Below, in pieces: positions 51,960 through 64,000 of a stretch of DNA of 64,000 nt. Position numbers and translations under genes: made by a program. The stretch lies in the NCBI RefSeq assembly GCF_006345805.1, contig NC_043012.1, forward strand, positions 46,624,001 to 46,688,000. Reading direction: 5' to 3'. Position 1 is the first letter of the stretch. Each line of letters starts with the position of its first letter. This DNA comes from Octopus sinensis (Eukaryota). The notes below the pieces were generated by a model. The model had not been told where the DNA came from, searched no databases, and worked only from the letters and a program-made list of their open reading frames with translations.

Positions 51960-52255
51960 ATTTTGTCCTTAGAGGACGATAAAATAAAGTACAGGATAAG
52001 TACTGGTGCCAATGGTAACTCGACTCAAATTTACTGGCCATGGGCCTAATTCGGAAATTATTTATGGAGGCGAGCTAGCAGAATCATTAGAGCATCCTAA
52101 AATATTTTGCATCATTGGTTCCGGCTCCGTCGAGGTCAATTTCGGCTTTCACATTTTCAGGTTTGATAAAATTAAATACAAATTGATCACCGGGATCGAT
52201 ATATTCGAGTAATCTCCTCCCTGAAAACATTGCTCGGATGTGCTAGATTATTATT
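51960..52255 (+). mobile_element. SINE family B fragments in tandem
   Basis: ggaggcgagctagcagaatcattag...ccgtcgaggtcaatttcggctttc...gggatcgatata. Confidence 0.7.
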
Positions 52256-53418
52256 AATTACTGCCATCGTAGGCACGCCAATTTCTGGGTATCTACTTGA
52301 AGCAAAGGGTTTTAATGTTTTCATTTACAGAGATATTGCTGATTTAGAATTCTGTCGGTATAAACTCAAGCAAAGAAAAAAAAAATTAGCAATTTCTGTT
52401 TTTTAATTATTTTTTCATTACTTTGTCTAAGCAAAATATTAAAAGCCATTACCGAATTTTCTAGCAGCACCCATTGAAAGGATACATTCAAAATCAAGAT
52501 TATCAAACAGAATACAACAAAAAGAACAAAACATATTGTACATCTTCTACGCATAAGTGATACAAGTCAAAAATAAAAATAATTGCATTTCCATTTAAAA
52601 GAAATACTACTAGTAGGAAGTATGCTAACGGCTCTTTTATAAACAAGAGCGACATCCGTGTCATGTATTGTATATATCAATGATGTGAATATAATTGATC
52701 TCAGCGGTGCTTATAGTTGCAAGTGAAGAATACTTTTGAGAATGGCAGTTTTTAATGTAATAAAACAGAAAACAGATAAAGACTTACTCTAGGAGAAGGC
52801 GGTGGTCTTCCAACATTATATTAGGTCGGAGTGTTTCTTCTTGGTTACGTATTACATAACATGAATTAACACAGAAATTTCACCACTTTCAGCGTTCTAA
52901 ATATGGCATAACTTCCAGACTGTCTCCGTGAAATACCAAGGAAAATTCTGTCAAGTAGCTTGGAATGTTTTGCGAACAAATGTCTGCTTGGTTTAGGGTT
53001 CAATAACTCAGCTATTAAACATGTTGAAATAGTGAAATGATGAAATAGTGAGGCAAACAAATACTTGTACACTGTTGACCACTATCCAGGTACAAAAATA
53101 CAGGTATGAGTGTCAGAAGCATCGGTAAGGATATTAACAATTGGGTTGTGTTTCTATGGCAGTAGGAGCGGGGGATGACAGAGACTATAGGACATATTTA
53201 GTTGACATGTGTATATATATAAATATATGTGTGTGTGAGCGTGTATGTATGTGTATGTATGTATATACATATATATGTGCGTGCATATATGTATATACAT
53301 ACACACACACGCAATCATACATACGTACATACATACACACACACACATATATATAATTATATATACTCGCTCACATATGTATGTATGTACGTATATATAT
53401 GTACGTGTGTGTGTGTGT

Positions 53419-53468
<50 letters not shown>

Positions 53469-56400
53469 GCATGTTTGTGTATCTAGGAAAATCAGGAAGC
53501 CTGAATTTAGTATTCGTTTATTTAATCTGTTATACATATCTCTATGCGATCACTACGATGAAGACCTCTTGATACGTCGAGTTTATAATTTGTCATCGTT
53601 GATTATTCAACGCAAAAATATGAGTAACTGATGAAGTAAATTAATACCAAACTCGTGCTACATGACATTCTCTCATCATATGTAGCATCCTTATGCTGGC
53701 CGCATACAAACGTATGGTCATTGACATGAAAATTACTTAGCGCTGCCGCCAGCAGAGTAAATCTGTCACGTTCCCAACACATCGGACATATGAGTATGTG
53801 TGTATGTGTGTATGTACGTACGTATGTACGTATGTATGTATATTTAACATTAACTTCAACACCGTATTAGACTTTAGAGCAGGTCGATTTTATTTTACTC
53901 TCGAACATTTATTTTGTTTTGGCTGTGAATTTTGAAATCCATTGTAGATTAGTGTTCTAAGGCAACTAGGCTCACCCCAGTCCCTGTTAGTGATTACTGT
54001 CAAATATCCGGCATTTTCCCACTTAATGTATTGTGTACATCTATGAATTTTATTAACTATGGAAATATTCTATTATGTGTTCAACTCATTAATTGTTTCT
54101 TGGGATGTATTATGCTAATTAAAAATTATTCATCCCAATAAACACAAGAAAATAACATATTTTCATGTTTTGTAATAATTTAGAAAATTTTGAGTGTGCA
54201 AAAGATTCATTTTCCGGAAATATTGTTTATGAATCCCAATCTAGCTTCTGCTGTTTAATTAAATTCATTTGCTTTAATTGGATTATATATTTCTAATTAT
54301 GCATTCTGTATGTTTTGGAAATAATATATTATGTTTGAATCCTTCTAATGTACATCTGTGTGTATGCGAAGAGCTGTAAATAAGGAAGATAAAACTAAAC
54401 ACGAAGCAAGAAATGAAATCTTGGAAGAATTTACAAACAAAGAGTAAACGGCCAAATATCAGACAAAAAGAATTAAAACAACAAACGGGCTTAAATTTCG
54501 TGAATGAAATTTTCCTAGGGAACAGAAATCAACTTTACAGCCTTTGGTTTTCATTCCTGCGCATACAAGTTCTCCTATGCATATTTTAAATTTTACACAT
54601 GTAAATTGCGTTAATTAAAATATAAATACAAATCTTATGTTGCTGATGTATTAGTATTCGAAAGACCCCAATAATGAAATAGTGAGTTCGTCTTACTAGT
54701 ATTTTATCCTGGGCATAATGTTGCATTCTATACTTACACCACCCACTAGTATCCACATTAATATTTAATATTTACTCATATTCTACAGTTAAATTTACAC
54801 AATAAATAGTGATTGGTTTTACATTCTTCCATAGTAATAGCAGTAAACAAATTAAAGCTTATCATTCAGAATTAGAGTCGTCGCCCATATTTTCTTAGAG
54901 AAAGTCAACTTTATTGACATAGATTTATAGTTAATTGAATCAACGTCTTTAGCTTTAAAATATTTAATTAGCCTAAATAAATTCACGAGATAGATGTAAA
55001 GCGGTAATGCTGAATTTAATTTCTGTGCAGATGCATGAATGATATTGTATGGCAACACTCAGCCTTATCTTTTTAAATGTTCTAAAAGAAAAAAAAGATC
55101 GCATTTTAGTAAAGTAATCGGAAATGTTAAATTTGATCAAGACACACACAAACACACATACATGCACACAAATCATTATATAAGAGGAGAGAAACAATGA
55201 CCATACCCCTCTAAAGGGCAGATCCTAACTGACGTAACAAAGTTCCAATTAATTAAAAGTGGAAATAAAACATCGGAAATTTGGCTCACGTTCCGAGAAT
55301 GTTGAATATGTTTCGACATTATCAGATCTCTTCCGTTAAGTAACATTGCACACACGTCGACCAAAACGGAAGTGAGAAGGGACTATACACATACGCAGCA
55401 TATGTATATATGCATGTATGACAGCACAGCATCTATTTTATGATTGAGAAAGCTGCTTATTAATTAGGTATGTAACAGTTCATTAAAATACTAAAAGAAA
55501 GCAATTATTAAATGCTTGACCGTCTGGAATTTTTTTATAAATTCAAGTTCCAAGAAATTTTCTATAATTTTGATTTCTGAACTTTATTGAGTTTTTGAAC
55601 TTCGATTTTTCACAAATTTAAATATTCGTTGCTTTAACTGCGAAGTACTCCATTTTCATTTGCAAGGTCTCCCACTCTCTCTTTCAATGTTTTCATTTCA
55701 AGTTTTATTTCGCTGTTTGGAAAACTGACAGTTTATTCTATAAATATATATGTAATGTAAGAATATTATTCATTGAATGAATTTTTTTTAATATACCGGA
55801 ATAAATTTTGTAAACAGATATACGAAGTGATTTTATTGTTATCGCTATTTGGAACGCTATATCCAGATCGATTTTGGCCATTTCGTTTTGTTAACTTAAA
55901 ACCCACAGGAGGGGCTTTTCGCTAAAAATAAATTGTAAATATTATTAGAGGAAAAGATAAACGATTCACGAGAGGTTTCGCTGTTGTTTCTCGCACAACC
56001 CAAACCAACCTCCGATCTCGCTCTCACATGTATTGATGTTTTTTCAATATTTTTCTTCCGTTAAAACACATTCTATGGAACGATGATGCCGAAGTACCAC
56101 AATCATGGTCTGTTGATGGAATATAAGCAACAAAAAAAAATGTGGTCAAATTTTTTATCCCAACCTCAATCAAGCGATGCCATGTGTGTGTGTGTAAGAA
56201 AAATCATTTTCTAACAGAAAAGTATGCTATTAAATAAATTATCCTTTACGTAACTCTGCGTTTCAATCATTGTGAATAAATGCCAGCAATGACATTCTGA
56301 GGTTATCCAATACTTTAATTTCTAAATAGAAACGATCGGGGACAAGGAGTGGGGTTGCAAAAAAATTCATAATTTCTCAAATTTTCTTTTTTATAGCATA

Positions 56401-57158
56401 TAAATGTATTTATGGGAGGTAATATTGAAAAACATCAATACATTTGAGACTGATAAAGAAACAAGGAAAGTTGTCTTTGCATGTGCAAGAAACAACAGCC
56501 AAATCTTCTTTAAATCACTCATTTTTCCTCTGAAAATATTAACATTTTCTTTTTACCAAATATAGGTCCAAAGTGGGATGATGAGAGAAGAGGGAATTGC
56601 AAAAAAATTTTTAAAAACTATTTTTCATACAAACATGTCTATCCACCAACCCCATCATTTGGAACGTCGTGGTTTAAAAAAAAATCGCTAAAATGCCCGT
56701 CAAAACAGAGCAGATATAACTTATTTGGTCTTCCTGATTCAAAACTCCGTTTTAATGAAACTCCTCTCCGAACTCCCACGAACAAATTTTTCCCAACAAA
56801 TTTCTTTATAATCGTAATCTATGCCACTTGAAAGGGATTTGTATAAACTTCCATTAAAAGATACTCATTTTCCTGAAAGTTATGGCGGAAAAAATTCGGA
56901 CCGCGTGAATTTTCCAAAACTCCTCTGTTCACCCCTCAGAAAAGATTTTTACACAAATCCCTATATACTCTGAAGCCACAATATCTAAGCGATATTTGTT
57001 GAAAAACTTGTTAAAAAGTATCCACTTTTCTGGGTGGTATGAGGCAGTAAAGACCTAGGCTTATACATCAGTAGTGATGCCCTTACATTTACACGATTTT
57101 TTTCATTTCATGTTTATTTCATTCATTGTTTGCAATGTTCTCTCTCCCTCTCCCCTCA

Positions 57159-57197
<39 letters not shown>

Positions 57198-58931
57198 GCA
57201 CACTACAAAGCTTACAGATGGGCTGCTGAAGTGAAATCTCTATGTTGCTTTGAGGGGAAGGTAAAACTTGACAAACTGCTCTCCCCACCTTTTGTTGGAC
57301 TACCGTGATGTTTGTTTAAAAACTTGAGATTATGATTGTGATGAATTGATGAAAGCAATATTTACTAAGCAAGTGAGCATTATACACATACATAATTAGA
57401 CGTAAGATATTTTAAAAATTATTATAATTGGGAACCAAATATGAAAATATTTTCGAGTGGCTAGCTGAAAACCGCCCGGGGGTCAATCGAAATTTATTGA
57501 TGAATTATTCAAAAATGTATTAACTTTTCTTTTGTGAAATTATTATGTAATCATCTTCAGTCTAAAAGTATATCTTTTAAAGCGTAAGTCTAAGACATTT
57601 TATAATGTGTCCGTAATTTAACCTAAATATTTTGATCAGAATGGTGCACATCTACCATTTACGTGTAATAATATACGACAGAAACAACGCATAATGTAAA
57701 TTACTGGCGAATTAATAAGCACGAATGCGTACACTTGAACTTTCTAAAGATTTTCGTCTGTGCTACATACAGTGTTACTTGACTTAGTACAACCATGTTG
57801 TAAAGCAAACTAGATTGCAGGAACAAAGATGGATTATATGTGCTCAACAGATAGCATGATGTTCTGGTTGAATACTTAGGGTAGGAAAATGAAACGATTA
57901 TAATGGGGGAAATAATTTATATAGAATGTCTTCTTGGCACTCAGATATCCCTTTCGGTTGTAAATAAATGTTCAAAACCACAATCATTCATTCCGTCAGT
58001 CACGAGCACTTAAGCGGAGATACACATTGATACGCACACACTTACACACACGTGCGTGCTCTCAAATATATGTCTATATTGTGTGTGTGTGCGTGTGATA
58101 CTGAAGAATGTGGGTGGATGCGCATTGTGCAAACACATATTTTACCTATGAGCCTGAAAACTATGCAACAAAGCAACTGTATGAAATAGCACAAACTGTC
58201 CTACTAACTGACGAGTTTGATTTATTGATTCCAAAGACTTTAAATGAGGAAAGAGGAAACGAAAACGAAAAAAGAAATAATGGGAAGAAAGGATAATGTA
58301 CAGAAATAGAAAAAAAAAAGAAAGAATATATAAGAGACAGTAAATACAAAATGTAAATCAGTGTAAAAATAGAAAACTATCTAAGAAATAGAATTAAAAA
58401 GAATGACAAAAAGTTATCACCAAGGCATCAGGTACAATCCGATTGTCGAAATTAGAATACGGTAAAATGTAGGCCATTGCAATATTTTCTCAAGGGTCAA
58501 TCATAAAAATACAGAGGTAAGAAATTCTAATGAAACAACCGCTCCTCTCTCCTAACTAATTATAGGTGTGTCATTTCAAAAATACACAAGTGTTCTATAC
58601 GATTATATAAACACAATACTGTAAGCCGGTGCGTATGTGTGTGTGTGTGTGTGTGTGTGTAAATATGTATATTGATATATGTGCATACGCACTTTTATAG
58701 TTCTTGTCACATGGTTACTGTTGCATCCTACTCTAACAAGGTGTTTCAAATCTTACAGCATGCAACTTGATGCAAGTGACCAGAGCAAGGCTTATCACGC
58801 CTACAGTCTGAGATCGTATACGGAAGCCCTAATGGATGATAGCGTTATGACTAATTTGCAAAGTGAACTTCAGTACTCTCTTGCTATTTTGAACAAAATG
58901 TTAATTTTATTTGCAATGAGGGACACTGATA

Positions 58932-60492
58932 CAGTGGGGGGAAATAAATATTCGTACATGTCAAAATTCTTCATTTACTTAATTTCTAATGAACATAAAT
59001 GGGATATACCAATACTATATTTGCATACACATGCAAAAACTAAGAATATGCAAAAGAAACTAATAAATTATAGTAACTAGTGAATTTATATACAATTATA
59101 AATATTTAGGGGTGAAAAAAGTATTCGTACAGAATATAAATAACTGATAATTCTGATTTAATACTTCGTAGCATAGCCATTATTCAGTTCCACTTCAACC
59201 AATCTCTTCTTGTAGTTCTTAATCAATTACTCGCATGTCTCTTTAGGAATTTTTTCCCATTTTTCTTCACAAATTTTCTTCAAATCTGCAATGCACGTTG
59301 GGGCTCTTGAATGAATCTTAATTTTTTAATAACGCCGCAAATTTTCAATAGGCTTCAAGTCAGGTGACTGGCTTGGCCATTCTAATAATTTTAAATTGTG
59401 ATCGGCAATCCATCTTTTTAGTAGACTTCGCCGTGTGCTTAGGGTCGTTATCCTGTTGTAGAATCCACCCTTCACGAAGCTGGAACTCTTCTACAGAGTC
59501 CCATAAGTCATTGTTCAAAAAACCTTTGTACATCTCTGCATTCATTCTACAATCTATCATATGTAAATTGTCAGTACCATTTGCAGAGAAACACCCCCAC
59601 ACCACTTTCAAACTTTACGGTAGGAATTGTGTTTATCGATGAATAGGCGGCACCATCTTTCCTCCAAACATGGCTACGTGAATTTCGTCCAAACAATTCA
59701 ATTTTCGACTCATCTGCCCATAGACTTTTCCCAAAATGTATCACATTTATCTTTATATACATAAATAAATTTTAAATGGGCATCTCTATGCCTTTTAGTC
59801 AACAGTGGAGTTTTTCAGTTCATTCCTATGAAGTTCATTGCTGATTTTCATACACTAGTCCATGAAGCTAACAAATCTTCTTGCAACACTTTTCTGGTGT
59901 TCATTGCATTTTTTCAATTCTTCGCTTCATTTTTCTTAAAGATCTAGGGGAAATCTTGCGTGGTTCACCGGACCTTATTCTGTTTTCAACAGTTCCTGAT
60001 TTTTTATATCTTTGAATAAATGGTAGAAAATGGAATTCAAAGGGTCTCTGATATTTCCTGTAACTTTAAACCTGCTTTCCACTGTTCAATAATTAACTTT
60101 TTTACTGAATTTGTCTTTACTTTTCGCCATCATTACGATACTACTTCATGTTGTCTGAGTGCTAAATGAAGAAGCTAGCATTTTGATACTTAAAAATGAC
60201 AACTGATAAGATTATTGGAACAAACGAGAAAGTTCTAGGAAAAAATATTTTAACAGTATTTTGTGACATAATAAATCGTACATTTATTCTGTACGAATAC
60301 TTTTTTCACCCATAAATATTTATAATTGTATATAAATTCATTAGTTACTATAATTTATTAGTTTATCTTGCATATTCTTAGCTTATATATGTATATGTAA
60401 ATATAGTATTGGTATATCCCATTTATGTTCATTAGAAATTAAATAAATAAAGAATTTTGATGTGTAGTACGAAAATTTATTTTCCCCCACTG
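58932..60492 (-). mobile_element. near full-length Tc1 transposon with ~205-bp IR/DR-type TIRs and TA TSD
   Basis: TA|CAGTGGGGGGAAATAAATATTCGTAC ... GTACGAAAATTTATTTTCCCCCACTG|TA. TIRs at 58932-59136 and 60285-60492. Confidence 0.95.
59158..60130 (-). pseudogene. Tc1 (DD34E) transposase pseudogene
   Basis: Starts MAKSK. Contains [27 protein letters not shown] and [12 protein letters not shown], and ends GYATKY*. Frameshifted. Confidence 0.92.
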
Positions 60493-60739
60493 TATGTTGC
60501 ACCCGAAAAATTCTTGCCGGCATCAATCAGTAAACTGTTAACAGAAGAAGCGCTCAAAAAGAAAAAAGCTGCAATAATTGATGACGAACTCTGAAACTTT
60601 TGGGGGAACATAGAGCCCTTCAAGTGCAACGTCAGCCTGCTTATAACTACAGCGTTAGTTATAATTTATACCCAATATATTCAGAGCTCCTCTACCAGTT
60701 TATGTTTCCCTGATGATCTGGTATTCAGCCTGAATGTTC

Positions 60740-61470
60740 AACGCTACTTACGATCTTGGTATACTCCTCTTCTACACTGATCAGGCTTTGTAACTGTTAT
60801 TTGGCGATAATTTGAAGAGCTTCTTAATCTTAATGCGGAAGAGTGTCTTACACTCGACGCCGATGAAAATAACACAAAACTGATTAATAACTTCAGTTCT
60901 GTACTATTTAGGTGTCTATACTCTTTCATAAAATTTACATATTCAACTTTTAGACCATGGGAAGCCAAATTAATATCTTTTGGGCTGAATAATGAATTAA
61001 ATCTCACTCTTCATAATACTTATTTTTCATTTCTGTTAGACAAAAATCCTTCAATTTGAATTTCATCATTAGCTCTGGCAATGCAATAAGAAGAATATGA
61101 ACGCATGACATCAGTGGTCATTCATTCTTAATATCGTCGTAACTACTGAAATTGTATCCTGTTTGTGGCAATTCAAGCAATCGGAACTTATTTGATCGAG
61201 AAGATACTTTTGAATCTGTAAATGTTTGCCAAAAATGCTGTTCACTTCGATGGTTTAATAGTTCATTTAATAGTTCAGGTCATTATCTTTGAGTCCGTCT
61301 GATTGGCGTGTTCTCCTTTATGCTCTCCGGCGCCGTTGTGTGTATATTTTCCTTGTGGAACTCGAGGCTTTCTTGAGTTCTACCTTGTGAACATTTTCGA
61401 CACTTAATTTTACTACACATCTCTCTATTCCTTTTAGGAAAAGTTATAAATATATATTTCTCCAATCAGT
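60740..61470 (-). mobile_element. BEL/Pao LTR retrotransposon relic
   Basis: LKVEYVNFMKEYRHLN resembles the BEL RT motif Y..FM.EY..LGH. CSKIKCRKC resembles the BEL gag Cys region. Confidence 0.55.
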
Positions 61471-61509
61471 AAGTTTTGATTCACCGTTCTGTGAGGTATA
61501 ACAATATTG

Positions 61510-61720
61510 GATTAAATTTTGTACAAGGCCAGCAAATTTGTGAGAAGGTGTAAGTCGATTACATCGACCCCAGCGCTCCAGTGGTATTTATTTATTAACC
61601 TCGAAAGGATGAAAGCAAAGTCGACCTCGGTTGAATTTGAACTCAGAACGTGAGAACGGACGAAATGCAGCTAAGCACCTTTCTCGGCGTGCTTAACGAT
61701 TCTGCAAGCTCACCGCCTTG
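61510..61720 (-). mobile_element. SINE family B, full-length
   Basis: aagtcgattacatcgaccccag...gtcgacctcggttgaatttgaactcagaacg...ctcaccgcctt. Confidence 0.88.
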
Positions 61721-61859
61721 TGAGGTATAATAACGTTGAAGCATGATCGAAGTTGTATCCGCTCTGCGAATATCAGTTATATTCACTGACACATTTCATA
61801 ATCAATTGATTTTAATTACAATTACTTGATACAGTTCTATATATAAGTAAGTGATAAGG

Positions 61860-62110
61860 AATTATGTACGTTATTTACATTATTTATATTAGACGGATAT
61901 TTGTCCTCATCTTGTTTGCTGTTACCACAATGTTTTGGCTCATATACACTCCAGCCTTCATCAGGTGTCTTGGCGAAATACTTCGGAATGAGAACCCGGC
62001 TTCGAATTTTCCCCAATATACCTCATGAAGACTGGAGGGTGTATCAGCCGAAACAAGATGAGGGCAAATATCCGTCTAATGTAAATAGTGTAAATAATGT
62101 ACAATTAATT
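61860..62110. mobile_element. inverted-repeat element with two opposed hammerhead-like motifs (Penelope-derived)
   Basis: Minus strand CTGATGAAGGCT...AGCCAAAAC (61932-61964) and plus strand CTCATGAAGACTG...CAGCCGAAAC (62022-62054). The outer arms pair. Confidence 0.75.
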
Positions 62111-62386
62111 GTTTCACTACACGAATTGTGCTCGTGCTCGCATTAATATTATTTTGTTATCTATTCGGTATCCCAGTAATACATACACACACACATACAT
62201 GCATACATACATAAACACATACATACAATCATACAAACATGCATACATACATACGTATCCTCATTGTTAACGATAGATAGATAGACCTTTAGTTAAATAT
62301 ATTCAATGAGAATAATATATACTGAATTTATTTTGAGTGCTCTATTGTATCAACGTATTAATACTATTAAAGTATTTATATATTTA

Positions 62387-62421
<35 letters not shown>

Positions 62422-63319
62422 TATAGATAGATACAAACATACATACATACATATATATACATACATACATAAATACATACATGCATACATGCATACATAC
62501 ATACATACATACATACATACATACATACATACATACATACATACATACATACATTGTTAACGATATCTTTCATATACAGTGAAATGTGCATTTTGAAATT
62601 TTCTGATGTGAAATCAGCATCGAAGTCACTTTAAATGTGACACTGAATAAACAACTTGTAAACACTTTTTAAAATTAGTTATTTGCTGAGACACAACCTG
62701 GAGATGAAGAGATGTATTTGGAGGCTGAAAAAGGATGCGATAGATTCAAAAGTCTGCAAGATGATTAGTCGATGTGGCCAGGCGGGCATGCTTCGGCATT
62801 TTGCACGAAAAGAAGAGATATCAAAAGCACTTTTTGAGGTAATGGATAGTTTCTGGTAAACTTAGACGCTCAAGTTGCGAGCCCAGTTGACTTATATTTT
62901 GAGAGCTATCAGATTTTCTTAATTACTCACTAAAAAGAGCTTCACCTTCAAATCCCTGGTGGAGTTCTTTTTGCAGAATATAAGATTAGCCTCATATCAA
63001 AGCAATCTGGCCTCAGTCTGTATGATGTTTTTTCCTTTTAGATGTATTTCAAAACAAATCAACACTAGTTTTATTGCAATGTAAAGCCAGTTAAAAAATT
63101 AACGTTCTTCAAAATCTAATAAGAATTAGTGCACTATATTTTTTACTCTATTTTTCTGCAGTGAATTTGCTAGGTTTCTTAATCAGAATGTTATTTGTTT
63201 ATTTATTTATTTAGTTTTGTAAATCCATGCTGGTTTGAATTTCTTCTGGCTTTGCTCTACTTTCAAAACTGCAAATAAGTGCAGCTGCATCAAGCTGTTT
63301 CTAAAGAGAGTTTCCATTC

Positions 63320-63790
63320 TTACAAATGAATATTTATAAATGAATACAAAAAAAATATACGAGATAGACGAAAGATGGAAGGGATGCTGGGAGCTGGCCA
63401 CGGATTTGGAAAGCCTAGTAATATTTCTATTAATAAAAACGACAAAAAGACCAGATTCAGTCATATAGGACAGAAAACGGAGAATAGTAATTTTGCTAGA
63501 ACAGACAGTGCCATGGGAAGAGAACATCGGCACTGCAGAGAAACGAAAGGAGAAGAGGTACAAAAAACTAATTGAAGAGTGCAGAGAACAGGGATGGTAT
63601 GTTGAGTATTACCACCTGGCAGTGGGCTTCATTGAAAAAAAAGGAGAAGGCTATTCAAAAGAAGATTTGTTTTTTCTAGCACGGAGCTGAGAAAACTAAT
63701 AAGAAGAGTACAGGAGGCGGTCGAAAAAGCCAGCTTCTATATATGGCTAAAGCGGGAAGACCAAAAATGGCTTGAAAGTCTTAATATGCT
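63320..63790 (+). mobile_element. Hero/NeSL-like RLE LINE 3' remnant
   Basis: RPDSVI*...VILLEQTVPWEENIGTAEKRKEKRYKKLIEECREQGW...AVG, then EAVEKASFYIWLKRED. This resembles PD...ELTVPWEE..A.ERK..KY. Confidence 0.75.
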
Positions 63791-64000
63791 GGCGGAAAAT
63801 AACATCACTAGATGAGATAAGCTGACATTGAATTAGCTTCGATGATTGACAGGCGACGGTCTCGTTTAGAGAATGCGTGGGCTAAGACTACGCGCCTTCA
63901 TTGGTCAGTTAAAGTGGAGACAGTGTCACGTGACAGCTTGCTGGGGCTGCCTTCTGGAGCCTATCAGCAGGTATTTAAAGGGAAATTTGACAAGACAATC

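Noticed and set aside
58679-59080. 133-aa ORF with a signal-peptide-like start
   Set aside because: It reads through into the Tc1 left TIR and has no recognisable domain.

Overview
AT-rich eukaryotic DNA full of microsatellites and transposons. It is almost certainly from a coleoid cephalopod of the Octopus type; this is inferred from the characteristic tRNA-derived SINE families and the (TA)n/(TTA)n/(TATC)n load. No host protein-coding gene can be confidently supported, so the window looks intergenic or intronic. Most listed ORFs are translated microsatellites. Contents: at least 3 tRNA-SINE families; R4/Dong-like and Hero-like RLE LINE remnants; Penelope-like elements, including one with an intact RT-thumb/GIY-YIG frame and a hammerhead-ribozyme motif; several long hairpins that look Penelope-derived; a near full-length IR/DR Tc1; mariner relics; an internally deleted Mag-like Ty3/Gypsy with short LTRs and a triplicated PBS; and a BEL/Pao relic. 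The best candidate for something undescribed is a 2.05-kb retroelement at 11920-13972. It encodes only an ORF1-type RRM-like/CCHC protein with no RT or endonuclease, and it sits with a 16-bp TSD between box A and box B of a tRNA-SINE. Degenerate relatives occur elsewhere in the window. All calls come from reading the sequence by eye; no searches were run.
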